Positions 8,557 through 17,681 are shown, numbered from the stretch's first letter. The stretch is DNA of 32,000 nt from an uncultured Erysipelotrichaceae bacterium (GCA_942493105.1 OW818668.1:60001-92000), one strand, 5' to 3'. Numbers and translations: made by a program. The notes: generated by a model from the sequence alone, not told the origin.

Positions 8557-10534
8557 TGGTCCACTCCATTTCACTAATGACTTTATTGATGTCATCACTT
8601 TCAAATCCTTTTTGCACTAGATAAGTATAAACATGATGTCGCAATGCAGATCCTTGGTATTTTTTTTCATACTTCTTATGTGCTTTATTGGCAGCATTTA
8701 AACAATTGGCCAGTTGATTACGTTCATCTTCATTGAAGTTAAGGCTCTTCATAACAAACTCGATAACATCCGTTTCATATCCTTGAGTCATAAGCTTCAT
8801 CGATAACTTCTGTTGTTTCATCTTTAGTGAAACATCCTTGATCGTAGGTTTGATCTTCTCAGCATATCTTAAAGCATTCTTAATTTCAGCTTCTTCATCA
8901 TCAACCTGACTTGCATGATCGATCAACTCTTGAGGAATCCCTTTAAGTTTAAGTGACCTAATAATCCGTTTCTTTCCTTGTAATAAGGATCTTAGATTAG
9001 TGATGGCTGAATTGGTATAACGGACATCATTGATGTAGTTTCTTTTTTCCAAGTGTTCAATCAAATCATGGATTTGATTACTCTTTAAATCAGTTTTTTG
9101 AGTTAGGAAATCTAGCATCTCGTGGCGAGTTCTGTCTTTTAAGCTTAGTTTTTTGATGCAAGCTTGGTAAGCCAAGGCAATTTTTTCATCTTCTAGCAAC
9201 TCATCGATTGTTTTTTTATCGACCATACAGAGCCGTTTCAATCCTTTCTTCTCAAAGGTTTCCAATGTGACCGTAATCTTATACGGTCCTTCTGGTCCAT
9301 CGAATGTACACTCCGCAACATCTTCTTTTAATTTGATGTTTTTAAGTAGGACGCTGTGTTTAAAGTTTTGTATGGTTCGCTGATATACTTTTTCAACGGC
9401 GATCCCAAACTCTCGATCATCATAAATACGCACTTGTTCCTTAGCCAACGTTTTCATTTCCAAACGTTTGGCTTTTGGTTTAGACAGATGATGCATGATC
9501 TTATGTGCAAATTCTTGAGTTGTTGTGAAGAAATAACCTGTCTCATCTTCAATGACAAGATCTGTCAAGACATCATCTGGTCTAGCAAATAAAGGACATT
9601 CCGCAGCTAAGGCTTCAATAAAGGTCATCCCTTGTGTTTCAGTCAAAGATGCAGATACGAATGCATCAGCAGCATGATAATAGGAGGGCACTTCTATCGA
9701 AGGAATCTTTCCGGTAAAGACAACCTTATCTTGAATATTTAATGTTTTAGTCAAGTCTTGTAAATGCTCGGCATCTGGTCCACCCCCAACAATCATCAAT
9801 TTAATATCGTTGTTTTTGAAATCCAGCAAACTAAAGCCTTCAATGACAAAGTCAATGCTTTTTTCTCTTGCAAGACGCCCTACATAGAGAATAACAAAGG
9901 TCTCTTCAGATATCCCATATTTAGCCCTCAATGTCTTTACAGCTGAAGGCGGGGTATGTTGTTTATCAAAACGTTTAAGATCTAAACCCGTTGGAATAAC
10001 TGAGATTTCACGAGTGATTCCATACCCTATTAACATTTCTTTGGTCTTTTCACTCGGAGAAATCATTGCTTGACAACTGCTACCATAAAGTTTGCTCAGT
10101 TTGGATACCGAAATCCGTGCGAATTTCTCGACAGTTTTAATATGTAACGGATTGATGTAATGGGTGTAATCTTCATAGGTCGTATGGTAAGTTGACACCA
10201 AAGGAATATCCAGTCTGTTGGCAACAAGTCGAGCAAACAAACCGATTCCAAACTCAGTATGCGCATGAATGATGTCAAGATTCATTGCCTTGATTTGTTT
10301 GATGGCTCGAATATGAACCGGAGAGCTCATAGTATACCCATACATCGACTTCAATTCAATTCCTGGCAAACGTAAGACATTATTTTCATATGAGACTTTA
10401 AAGATCTTAGGCTGATTGGTGATCACAAAAACATCATGACCTAAATTTTCAAGGGCATGTTGCAGAGTGACGATAGAAGAAACTACACCGTTGATATCCG
10501 GAGAATAAGTATCACTGAATAATCCGATGCGCAT
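8543..10534 (-). CDS. Single-ORF fusion: GT4 glycosyltransferase (monoglucosyl-diacylglycerol synthase-like) + RecX-like regulatory domain
   Basis: Residues 1 to about 385 begin MRIGLFSDTY.P..NGV, contain the EX7E motif (E299-E307, ETQGMTFIE) and have GT-B architecture. Residues from about 395 to 663 look like a Firmicute-type RecX (three-helix repeats, ...RTRHEMLDFL...YINDVRYT...LKLKGIP.ELI...). There is no stop codon or start codon at the junction. Confidence 0.85.
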   Translation of the reverse strand: MRIGLFSDTYSPDINGVVSSIVTLQHALENLGHDVFVITNQPKIFKVSYENNVLRLPGIELKSMYGYTMSSPVHIRAIKQIKAMNLDIIHAHTEFGIGLFARLVANRLDIPLVSTYHTTYEDYTHYINPLHIKTVEKFARISVSKLSKLYGSSCQAMISPSEKTKEMLIGYGITREISVIPTGLDLKRFDKQHTPPSAVKTLRAKYGISEETFVILYVGRLAREKSIDFVIEGFSLLDFKNNDIKLMIVGGGPDAEHLQDLTKTLNIQDKVVFTGKIPSIEVPSYYHAADAFVSASLTETQGMTFIEALAAECPLFARPDDVLTDLVIEDETGYFFTTTQEFAHKIMHHLSKPKAKRLEMKTLAKEQVRIYDDREFGIAVEKVYQRTIQNFKHSVLLKNIKLKEDVAECTFDGPEGPYKITVTLETFEKKGLKRLCMVDKKTIDELLEDEKIALAYQACIKKLSLKDRTRHEMLDFLTQKTDLKSNQIHDLIEHLEKRNYINDVRYTNSAITNLRSLLQGKKRIIRSLKLKGIPQELIDHASQVDDEEAEIKNALRYAEKIKPTIKDVSLKMKQQKLSMKLMTQGYETDVIEFVMKSLNFNEDERNQLANCLNAANKAHKKYEKKYQGSALRHHVYTYLVQKGFESDDINKVISEMEWTNEQS

Positions 10535-10647
10535 AGGTTATTCCTTTCCAATCGGCATGGCCAATACTTTATACAAGGTGCCAAACCAATTTCGTAAGCA
10601 TTTCAGTCAAATAGATCTAAGGTTTACGATGATTTTACCTTGTTTGA

Positions 10648-10740
10648 TCATTTTATAAATGAATCCTTACCCAAAGAAACAGAAGACATCCCTAAGGCAT
10701 GAATGGTTTTTTCAGCTTTATAAGTGATGTAAACGTTCAT
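10648..10740 (-). CDS. Hypothetical 30-codon sORF in the leader of the GT4-recX gene
   Basis: ATG at 10740 lies 7 nt after AAGGAAGTGG. It encodes MNVYITYKAEKTIHALGMSSVSLGKDSFIK and ends with TGA at 10650-10648. It sits downstream of an extended -10 element. I recognise no homology. Confidence 0.25.
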   Translation of the reverse strand: MNVYITYKAEKTIHALGMSSVSLGKDSFIK

Positions 10741-10766
10741 GAAAATTCCACTTCCTTGGTGTTCTA

Positions 10767-10775
10767 ATTATAACA
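10767..10775 (-). promoter_or_regulatory. Extended -10 promoter element (TGTTATAAT)
   Basis: The minus strand reads TGTTATAAT, about 25 nt upstream of the sORF start and after the PFOR terminator. Confidence 0.35.
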
Positions 10776-10813
10776 TATGCATTCTTGCCTGAGCTTTGAA
10801 TCACAAGTAAGGT

Positions 10814-10840
10814 TTAAAAAAGTGCCGACTAATCGGCACT
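10814..10840 (-). terminator. Rho-independent terminator of PFOR
   Basis: On the minus strand, AGTGCCGA-ttag-TCGGCACT is followed by TTTTTT, 6 nt after the stop. Confidence 0.88.
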
Positions 10841-10846
10841 TTCATA

Positions 10847-13800
10847 TTACTTAGATAATTTTACCAATCTTGCGTAACGCTTTTCAGCATCCTTTTGACT
10901 CTTAGCCAAAAGTTCTAACGCATGTTCAGGATTAACAGATTCCAACATATTGAAGCGTGTTTCATTCATGACGAAGTCGTTGAATTTCGAGAAATCTGGT
11001 TCTTTTGAATCAATCGTCAATTCTTTGCCTGGTTCAGCATTAGGATTGAAACGATACAATGTCCAGTAACCTGACTCAACAGCTTTCTTCTGAGTGCTTT
11101 GATGATTGCTCAAACCACCCTTGATACCATGTTCAATACATGGAGCATAGGCAATGATCAATGAAGGCCCATCATAAGCTTCGGCTTCTTTCAAGGCTTT
11201 GATCGTTTGGACACGATTGGCACCCATCGAAATAGAGGCAACATAGACATGTCCATAAGTCATGGCGATTTGTCCGATGTCTTTCTTAGCTGTGGGTTTG
11301 CCACCTGCCGCAAACTTCGCGATCGAAGCAGCTTGGGATGATTTAGAGGACTGACCGCCAGTATTGGAATAAACTTCAGTATCCAAGATCATAACGTTGA
11401 CATTTAAATTGTTGGCTAAGACATGGTCTAAACCACCGTAACCAATATCATAAGCCCAACCATCGCCACCGATGATCCATACAGAATTGGAAACCAAATC
11501 ACGTTCGTAGCCAAGGACTTCCTTGACACCGGCATGTTTACTGGCTTTGACTTCGCTGACCAGTTGTTTGACGATGACACGTTCTTCTTCACGTTTGCCT
11601 TTAACAGCCAAGTACTTTTCAATGGTTTCTTTAAGCGCTGGTTCAACTGCATCTTTAGCAGCACTTAAGATTTCAACGATACGGTTGGCTTTGAAATTCT
11701 GTGCAACTTTCATCCCATAACCGTATTCGGCATTGTCTTCAAACAAGGAATTGCCCCAAGCAACGCCTTCTCCGTTTTCATCCTTGACAAACGGTGTTGA
11801 TGGTGCGGAACCGCAATAGATGGAAGTACAGCCAGTCGCATTGGCAATCAGCATGTCTTTCCCAAAGAGTTGTGAAGCGAGTTTATAGTACGGTGTTTCA
11901 CCGCAACCAGCACAAGCTCCAGAAATTTCCATATAAGGCTTCAAGAACTGAGAACCCTTGATTTGATCGCTAGAGACCAAACCAGGTTTGTATTCTGTTT
12001 TCTTGTATAAGTAATCCGCTAAAGGTGCTTCGAAGAGACGGTCTTTGACATCGGTCATGACCAAAGCTTTTTGGCCACCTTTGCCTGGACATTCTACAGC
12101 ACATAAGCCACAACCGACACAATTGTCTGGTGAGACTTGAACACGATACTTCAAGTGGGAAATAGTTGGGCCAACTGCAGTCAAAGTTGCGAATTCTTGA
12201 GGAGCATTCTTGACTTCTTCATCAGTTAAGATAAAGGTACGGATGGTACCATGTGGACAAACCATCGAACAGAATCCGCATTGGATACAGTTTTCAGGAC
12301 TCCATGCTGGGACCTGAGTTGCGATCGTGCGATGTTCCATAAAGGAAACATTGTTTCTAAAGGATCCATCTAGTAGACCAAATTTAGTAAAGGCAGAAAC
12401 AGGCAAATCATAACCGTCCAAGGCATTGATCACATCGACATGTTGATCGAAGTATTCATCACCAGTCACTTTACGTGTCTTGGAGATGGGTAAATTGACC
12501 CATTCAGGATTGACCTTGATTTCGATCAAACCATCTTTACCGGATTCTATGGCTTTCCAATTGAGTTTGACAACTTCATCGCCTTTTTTCGCATAGGATT
12601 TCTTGGCTGCATCTTTCATGTAAGTCAATGTTTTATCATAAGGAAGGATTTGTTCATTCAGCGCAAAGAAAGAAGATTGCAGGATGGTGTTGGTATGACG
12701 TCCCATTCCGATTTCTTCAGCGATCTTGGTCGCATCGATGATGAAGAATTTTGCACGTTTCTGTGCTAATTGTTGTTTGACACGATTAGGCAATGAAGCT
12801 TCAATGGTCTCAGGTGAGAAAGACGTATTGATGAGGAAGGTTCCGCCCTTTTTAAGATTCTTAAGCATGTCATATCTGATCAAGAAAGAATCTAATGAAC
12901 AAGAAATAAAGTCAGCTTTTGTGACATAGTAGGTTGAACGAATCGGAGTAGGTCCAAAACGTAAGTGAGAACGGGTTACACCGCCTGCCTTCTTTGAGTC
13001 ATAGGCGAAATAAGCTTGCGAATAGAGATCAGTATGATCCCCAATGATTTTAATGGAGTTCTTGTTGGCACTGACGGTTCCATCAGATCCCAATCCATAG
13101 AATAAACAAGATGTATAATCATGTTCAACTTCGAAATTTTCATCGATCTTGAGTGATTTATGGGTTACGTCATCATTGATTGAAATGGTGAATCCATCAA
13201 ACGGATTGACTTCATTCAAATGATCATAAACGGCTTTGATGTCGTTAGGCTGAGTGTCTTTTGAAGACAATCCATAACGGCCACCAACGATGCTTTGGAT
13301 CTTACCAGTGCCATGCAGTACTGCATAGACATCTAAGAATAAAGGTTCATGTGCACCCACTTCTTTGGTACGATCTAAGACCGCAACTTTGGTAACAGTC
13401 GTTGGGATAACTTTCAATAAATGCTGAGCTGAGAAAGGACGATACAAATGAACTTTGACCAAACCAACTTTTTCACCTTTTGCATTTAAAGCATCGACGA
13501 CTTCTTTGGTTGTTTCTGTAACAGATCCCATCGCAATAATGATGCGTGTTGCATCTTTAGCACCATAATAAACAAACGGTGCATATTCTCTGCCTGTTAA
13601 TTTGGAGACTTTTTCAAAGTACTCTTCAACGATCGGCAAGACTTTTTCATAGTGTGTATTCTGAGCTTCTCTGGCTTGGAAGTAAACATCATCGTTTTCA
13701 GCTCCGCCACGAGTCACAGGATTGGTATGTGGATTTAAAGCATTGGCTCTGAAACGTTCCAAAGCATCTTTATCCAACCAGCTCTTCAAGACATCCGTAT

Positions 13801-14359
13801 CAATTACTTCAACTTTTTGAATTTCATGAGAAGTTCTAAAACCATCGAAGAAATGAAGGACAGGAACACTGGCTTTGATGGCAGTCAAATGAGCAACTCC
13901 AGCCAAATCCATGGTTTCTTGAACAGAATGAGAAGCAATCATCGTAAAGCCGGTTTGACGAACCGCATAAATATCTTGGTGATCCCCAAAGATACTTAAA
14001 GCGCGTGTCGCAAGCGAACGTGCCGAGACATGGATAACTCCAGGCAATAATTCACCGACCCATTTATACATATTCGGAATCATCAGCAATAAACCTTGAG
14101 AAGCGGTAAAGGTAGACGCTAAAGTTCCGCCTTGTAGAGCACCGTGTACGGCTCCAGCAGCACCGCCTTCAGACTGCATTTCAACAACTTTAACCACAGC
14201 ATCAAACATGTTTTTACGGCCTGTAGATGCCCAAGCATCAACGAGTTCAGCCATTGTAGATGATGGTGTGATCGGATAGATCGCGGCTACTTCGGTAAAT
14301 GCATAGGCTACATGCGCTGTCGCTGTATTCCCATCCATTGTAAGATAAGTTTTCTTCAT
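10847..14359 (-). CDS. nifJ: Pyruvate:ferredoxin (flavodoxin) oxidoreductase, single-chain
   Basis: About 1170 aa with two 4Fe-4S ferredoxin motifs (CIQCGFCSMVCP, CVGCGLCAVECP) and the TPP motif GGDGWAYDIGYGG. The start MKKTY (ATG 14359) has an AGGAGG RBS. Confidence 0.95.
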   Translation of the reverse strand: MKKTYLTMDGNTATAHVAYAFTEVAAIYPITPSSTMAELVDAWASTGRKNMFDAVVKVVEMQSEGGAAGAVHGALQGGTLASTFTASQGLLLMIPNMYKWVGELLPGVIHVSARSLATRALSIFGDHQDIYAVRQTGFTMIASHSVQETMDLAGVAHLTAIKASVPVLHFFDGFRTSHEIQKVEVIDTDVLKSWLDKDALERFRANALNPHTNPVTRGGAENDDVYFQAREAQNTHYEKVLPIVEEYFEKVSKLTGREYAPFVYYGAKDATRIIIAMGSVTETTKEVVDALNAKGEKVGLVKVHLYRPFSAQHLLKVIPTTVTKVAVLDRTKEVGAHEPLFLDVYAVLHGTGKIQSIVGGRYGLSSKDTQPNDIKAVYDHLNEVNPFDGFTISINDDVTHKSLKIDENFEVEHDYTSCLFYGLGSDGTVSANKNSIKIIGDHTDLYSQAYFAYDSKKAGGVTRSHLRFGPTPIRSTYYVTKADFISCSLDSFLIRYDMLKNLKKGGTFLINTSFSPETIEASLPNRVKQQLAQKRAKFFIIDATKIAEEIGMGRHTNTILQSSFFALNEQILPYDKTLTYMKDAAKKSYAKKGDEVVKLNWKAIESGKDGLIEIKVNPEWVNLPISKTRKVTGDEYFDQHVDVINALDGYDLPVSAFTKFGLLDGSFRNNVSFMEHRTIATQVPAWSPENCIQCGFCSMVCPHGTIRTFILTDEEVKNAPQEFATLTAVGPTISHLKYRVQVSPDNCVGCGLCAVECPGKGGQKALVMTDVKDRLFEAPLADYLYKKTEYKPGLVSSDQIKGSQFLKPYMEISGACAGCGETPYYKLASQLFGKDMLIANATGCTSIYCGSAPSTPFVKDENGEGVAWGNSLFEDNAEYGYGMKVAQNFKANRIVEILSAAKDAVEPALKETIEKYLAVKGKREEERVIVKQLVSEVKASKHAGVKEVLGYERDLVSNSVWIIGGDGWAYDIGYGGLDHVLANNLNVNVMILDTEVYSNTGGQSSKSSQAASIAKFAAGGKPTAKKDIGQIAMTYGHVYVASISMGANRVQTIKALKEAEAYDGPSLIIAYAPCIEHGIKGGLSNHQSTQKKAVESGYWTLYRFNPNAEPGKELTIDSKEPDFSKFNDFVMNETRFNMLESVNPEHALELLAKSQKDAEKRYARLVKLSK

Positions 14360-14385
14360 AAGTCCTCCTAATTTAACCACTTGCT

Positions 14386-14420
14386 ATTATACCTTATAAA
14401 GTGCGTGAATGCACTCACAA
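14386..14420 (-). promoter_or_regulatory. PFOR promoter (-10 TATAAT, 14391-14386) with a Rex/CRP-type palindrome over the -35 region
   Basis: The minus strand reads TTGTGAGTGCATTCACGC (14420-14403). Compared with the Rex consensus TTGTGAAnnnnTTCACAA, 11 of 14 specified positions match. Confidence 0.4.
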
Positions 14421-14482
14421 TTTGGATGAACTGGTGATAAACAAGGATGAAATGCGATTGTTCATCAATCTAAAAAGCAAAT

Positions 14483-14508
14483 AAAAAGTCAATCAAACGA
14501 TTGACTTT
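14483..14508 (-). terminator. Rho-independent terminator of the MATE/GDPD/pyrR transcription unit
   Basis: On the minus strand, AAGTCAATC-gttt-GATTGACTT is followed by TTTTATTT. Confidence 0.8.
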
Positions 14509-14539
14509 ACAATTTATTTTCACTGATTTTGGTCTATCT

Positions 14540-15943
14540 CTATACGACAATCTTGGTCCATTCGGCTTTTTGAAAACGATAACGGCTGACTACAAATCGT
14601 AAAGCTTGATCAAAGACGACACTGAACCAAGCTCCATATAATCCAAAGCCTAAATAATAAGCCAAGATATAAGTCAACACAGGGCGAAGTATGGTCACAG
14701 AAACCATGCTCAACTTCGCAACGAATTTGACATCCCCTGCTCCTCTTAGTGAGCCTACAGTAATGACTTGTGAGATCTGAAATACAACACACACTGCCAA
14801 AATGATTAATACATTGGCACCTAAACTCAGTACCTTAGGATCAACACTAAATAAACTCATGATGTTGAACCGCAAGAGTATGATCAGTAAACCTAGAGCC
14901 AAAGATATGATCAAACCGATACGTTGTGATACACGACCATAAAGAATGGCTAAATAGGGCTTTCGTGCACCCAATGACTGACCAACTAAAGCTGTACAGG
15001 CAATCGATAATCCATCACCAACACTAAATGTAATGCTCATGACTTGCATCGCGATATAATGCGTTGCGAATTCTATAGTACCTAATCCTGCAACTGCTTT
15101 GGCATAAAACAAGAAGCCAATACGAATGAAAACTTGTTCAAGCAAAGATGAAGCAGAAATACTCCACATCGTTTTTATGGTATCCGGATCCAGAACCCAT
15201 TTATCTCTAAAATGAATCTGCAAGAAGGAATCTTTCTTGGTGACACTTCGAACTGCTAAAAGTAACCCAGCAAAGTTTCCGATGGCTGTCGCAACAGCAG
15301 CTCCCATAACACCCCATCTTGGAAATATCCATATCCCAAATATCAAAAGCCAGTTAAAGAAAATATTTACCAAGTTAGCAGTCAAGTTGGTCGTCAAAGA
15401 AATTCTTGTATTACCAGCTCCGCGTTGAGCAGCTGTGATCGTTAAACTTAGTAGATAAAAGAAATTCCCGATAATGATGATTCTAAAATAAGTTAAAGCA
15501 TCTGCCAAATAACTTGCATTAGCTCCCGCAAAAACTAAAAATGGTTCCGCAAAAATGTAACCCAGAATTGACATCGTCAAAGTAACCACAAAACTAATCA
15601 TCAATCCATTTTTAAGTGCTTTATTGGCTTCTTCCTTATTATTGGCACCTTTTCTACGCGATACGATGACCGTGACCCCGGTATTGACCGCAAAGACAAA
15701 TGCCATCAAGAAAAATTTAGGTTGTGTTGTGATCCCAACAGCTGCGATGGCGCCAGATCCCAAAGAACTGACCATGATCATGTCCATAGCCCCAATCAAC
15801 GAAATTAAAACAGCCTCCATTGCAGAAGGCCATGCCATTTTAAGGGTGGTTGTATAAACTGTCTTTGTCGAAGGCAATTCATCGGTCATATGGTGTGAAG
15901 GCGTTAGTGCTTCAACAGAGAAAATTCGGTGAAATATATTCAT
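14540..15943 (-). CDS. MATE-family efflux transporter
   Basis: A 467-aa protein with about 12 TM segments and the two-lobe MatE pattern (...P.....L..L.G..D...V..LG..A.AAV...). Confidence 0.88.
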   Translation of the reverse strand: MNIFHRIFSVEALTPSHHMTDELPSTKTVYTTTLKMAWPSAMEAVLISLIGAMDMIMVSSLGSGAIAAVGITTQPKFFLMAFVFAVNTGVTVIVSRRKGANNKEEANKALKNGLMISFVVTLTMSILGYIFAEPFLVFAGANASYLADALTYFRIIIIGNFFYLLSLTITAAQRGAGNTRISLTTNLTANLVNIFFNWLLIFGIWIFPRWGVMGAAVATAIGNFAGLLLAVRSVTKKDSFLQIHFRDKWVLDPDTIKTMWSISASSLLEQVFIRIGFLFYAKAVAGLGTIEFATHYIAMQVMSITFSVGDGLSIACTALVGQSLGARKPYLAILYGRVSQRIGLIISLALGLLIILLRFNIMSLFSVDPKVLSLGANVLIILAVCVVFQISQVITVGSLRGAGDVKFVAKLSMVSVTILRPVLTYILAYYLGFGLYGAWFSVVFDQALRFVVSRYRFQKAEWTKIVV

Positions 15944-15963
15944 ACCGTATTAGTTTAACACAA

Positions 15964-16767
15964 TTATCTAGGGATATAACCATCAAAAATAATAGTTTCA
16001 CATTGACCCTTTAATTTATCTTCTGCACTTTGTGTAGGAACTGCCCACATCATACCAAAGGCACCAAATTGACGCCATAGTTTATAAACAAAGGGAATAT
16101 GTTCATGATCAACAGATAAATAATCTGGTTTATTGGAAAAATTAAGCAAGGCAAATTGTAATACGATGCGTGTTAATAAACTAAAATGCTTCTTATCCAA
16201 GGCATATTCCATATTTAATCCACGCAATTGTCTTGGGGCATATTTTCGTATCAAACCCAACATGATGGGATCAAAGCTACAATAGGCAAAATTGCCCTGA
16301 TAATTCTCCATCACTTTAATGACCGCAATAACACTTTCTTTTTTTCGTTGACTGGTTTTAAGTTCAACCAAGACAGGTACTTGTCCATGGATCAGTTCTA
16401 GTACAGACGATAAGTGCGGTATCTTTTCACCTGATCCGATCAAATGAACTTGATCCAATTCAACACTGGTCTTTTCTTCAAGGATTCCTTCATGACCGGT
16501 CATTCTTTTTAAATCATCATCGTGAAAAACAGTGACGATTCCATCTTTAGTAAGCTGAACATCAAGTTCAATTCCATAACCTATTTCAATGGCTTTTTTA
16601 AATGCTCCCATACTATTTTCAGAGATCTGCTGATCTTTGGTGTAAAGTCCTCTATGTGCAAAATAGCCTTTTAACCAAGGCGTTTTTCGTGCTCGATCAG
16701 AATTGATCCTTAGGGCATAAATAATTCCAACGATCAAAACAAGAATCAATAAACCCGTTTCTTTCAT
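15964..16767 (-). CDS. Membrane-anchored glycerophosphodiester phosphodiesterase family protein
   Basis: An N-terminal TM helix, then GDPD motifs: FAHRGL...ENSMGAF..A...[21 protein letters not shown]. Confidence 0.85.
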   Translation of the reverse strand: MKETGLLILVLIVGIIYALRINSDRARKTPWLKGYFAHRGLYTKDQQISENSMGAFKKAIEIGYGIELDVQLTKDGIVTVFHDDDLKRMTGHEGILEEKTSVELDQVHLIGSGEKIPHLSSVLELIHGQVPVLVELKTSQRKKESVIAVIKVMENYQGNFAYCSFDPIMLGLIRKYAPRQLRGLNMEYALDKKHFSLLTRIVLQFALLNFSNKPDYLSVDHEHIPFVYKLWRQFGAFGMMWAVPTQSAEDKLKGQCETIIFDGYIPR

Positions 16768-17294
16768 TGGACCTTTTCGTGTGGTTCTAGAATGTTGACC
16801 GCATCTACCCCATCGACTTCTTTAAGTAATACCCTTACAGACTCGTTGATGGATGTGGGGACATTCTTACCTACCACATCGGCTCTGATGGGCAGTTCAC
16901 GATGACCACGATCCACTAAAACAACCAATTGAATACAACTGGGTCTGCCAAAGCTCATGATGCCATCGATGGCAGCTCTAACGGTTCTGCCTTTATACAA
17001 CACATCATCCACCAAAACAACCGTCTTGCCTTGAATATCCAAGTTTAGTGATGGTTTATCCACCTTCAAGTCGCCTAAATCATCTCGCCAATAACGAATA
17101 TCAAAAGATACGACTGGAACATGTGTTCCTTCTATTTGTTTGATGTTTTCAGAGATTCTTTGAGCCAAAGGAACACCGCGAGTCAAGATTCCCACTAAAA
17201 CCATATTCCCAACTCCTTTGTTTCGCTCGATCAATTCATGCGTCATACGGATCAATGTACGATTCAAACTGCTTTCATCAATGATGTTTTTCAT
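16764..17294 (-). CDS. pyrR: PyrR bifunctional pyrimidine regulator / uracil phosphoribosyltransferase
   Basis: [19 protein letters not shown], the PRPP loop [17 protein letters not shown], and [27 protein letters not shown] chose the start at MKNII (17294, GAGG RBS), because the longer ORF would run through the tRNA promoter. An ATGA overlap links it to the GDPD gene. Confidence 0.9.
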   Translation of the reverse strand: MKNIIDESSLNRTLIRMTHELIERNKGVGNMVLVGILTRGVPLAQRISENIKQIEGTHVPVVSFDIRYWRDDLGDLKVDKPSLNLDIQGKTVVLVDDVLYKGRTVRAAIDGIMSFGRPSCIQLVVLVDRGHRELPIRADVVGKNVPTSINESVRVLLKEVDGVDAVNILEPHEKVQ

Positions 17295-17313
17295 AATAAC
17301 CTCGCATGCATTT

Positions 17314-17322
17314 ATTATAACA
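17314..17322 (-). promoter_or_regulatory. Extended -10 (TGTTATAAT) for pyrR
   Basis: The minus strand reads TGTTATAAT about 20 nt upstream of the pyrR ATG. The leader is therefore very short. Confidence 0.4.
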
Positions 17323-17330
17323 GTTCTTTC

Positions 17331-17359
17331 TTGAAATGAAATCTTGCCTATGATAGAAT
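17331..17359 (+). promoter_or_regulatory. Promoter of tRNA-Trp
   Basis: TTGAAA (17331-17336), a 17-nt spacer, then TAGAAT (17354-17359), 12 nt before the mature tRNA 5' end. Confidence 0.55.
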
Positions 17360-17371
17360 TAATAAGCATTT

Positions 17372-17445
17372 AGGGGTATAGTTCAATGGTAGAGCGCCGG
17401 TCTCCAAAACCGTCGATGTGGGTTCAACTCCTACTACCCCTGCCA
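17372..17445 (+). tRNA. trnW: tRNA-Trp (anticodon CCA), with encoded 3' CCA
   Basis: Cloverleaf: acceptor AGGGGTA/TACCCCT, D arm GTTC..GAGC, anticodon loop CTCCAAA, T arm GTGGG-TTCAACT-CCTAC. It closely resembles the B. subtilis tRNA-Trp as I recall it. There is one C:U mismatch at the top of the anticodon stem. Confidence 0.93.
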
Positions 17446-17457
17446 GTACAAAACCAT

Positions 17458-17481
17458 AAGCCACATTAAAGTGGCTTTTTT
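17458..17481 (+). terminator. Rho-independent terminator after tRNA-Trp
   Basis: AAGCCAC-attaaa-GTGGCTT followed by TTTTT. Confidence 0.8.
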
Positions 17482-17625
17482 ATTTGAAGTCCAAACATCG
17501 ATAAATTCTTTATACTTACACCACCTTATTCCCAACGAAATATTCCCTTTTTGTGTTCAAAATATTTTAGAAAATCTCAAAAGAAAATCAATTTTTTGGG
17601 TAATAATCAACCAATTCGCAAAGAT

Positions 17626-17641
17626 ACGAAAGCGTTTTCAC
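17626..17641. promoter_or_regulatory. cre-like (CcpA/LacI-family) pseudo-palindrome upstream of the 1150-aa gene
   Basis: ACGAAAGCGTTTTCAC compared with the cre consensus WTGNAANCGNWWNCAW gives 2 mismatches in either orientation. It lies about 40 nt upstream of the putative -35. Confidence 0.3.
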
Positions 17642-17681
17642 AAAACTCTCATTTTTCAGGGCTCCTATTGCTTAAAACCCG

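Noticed and set aside
17295-17330. I looked for a PyrR-binding attenuator hairpin in the pyrR leader.
   Set aside because: The leader is only about 20-30 nt long and has no ARUCCAGAGAGG-like loop or terminator, so no attenuator is present here.
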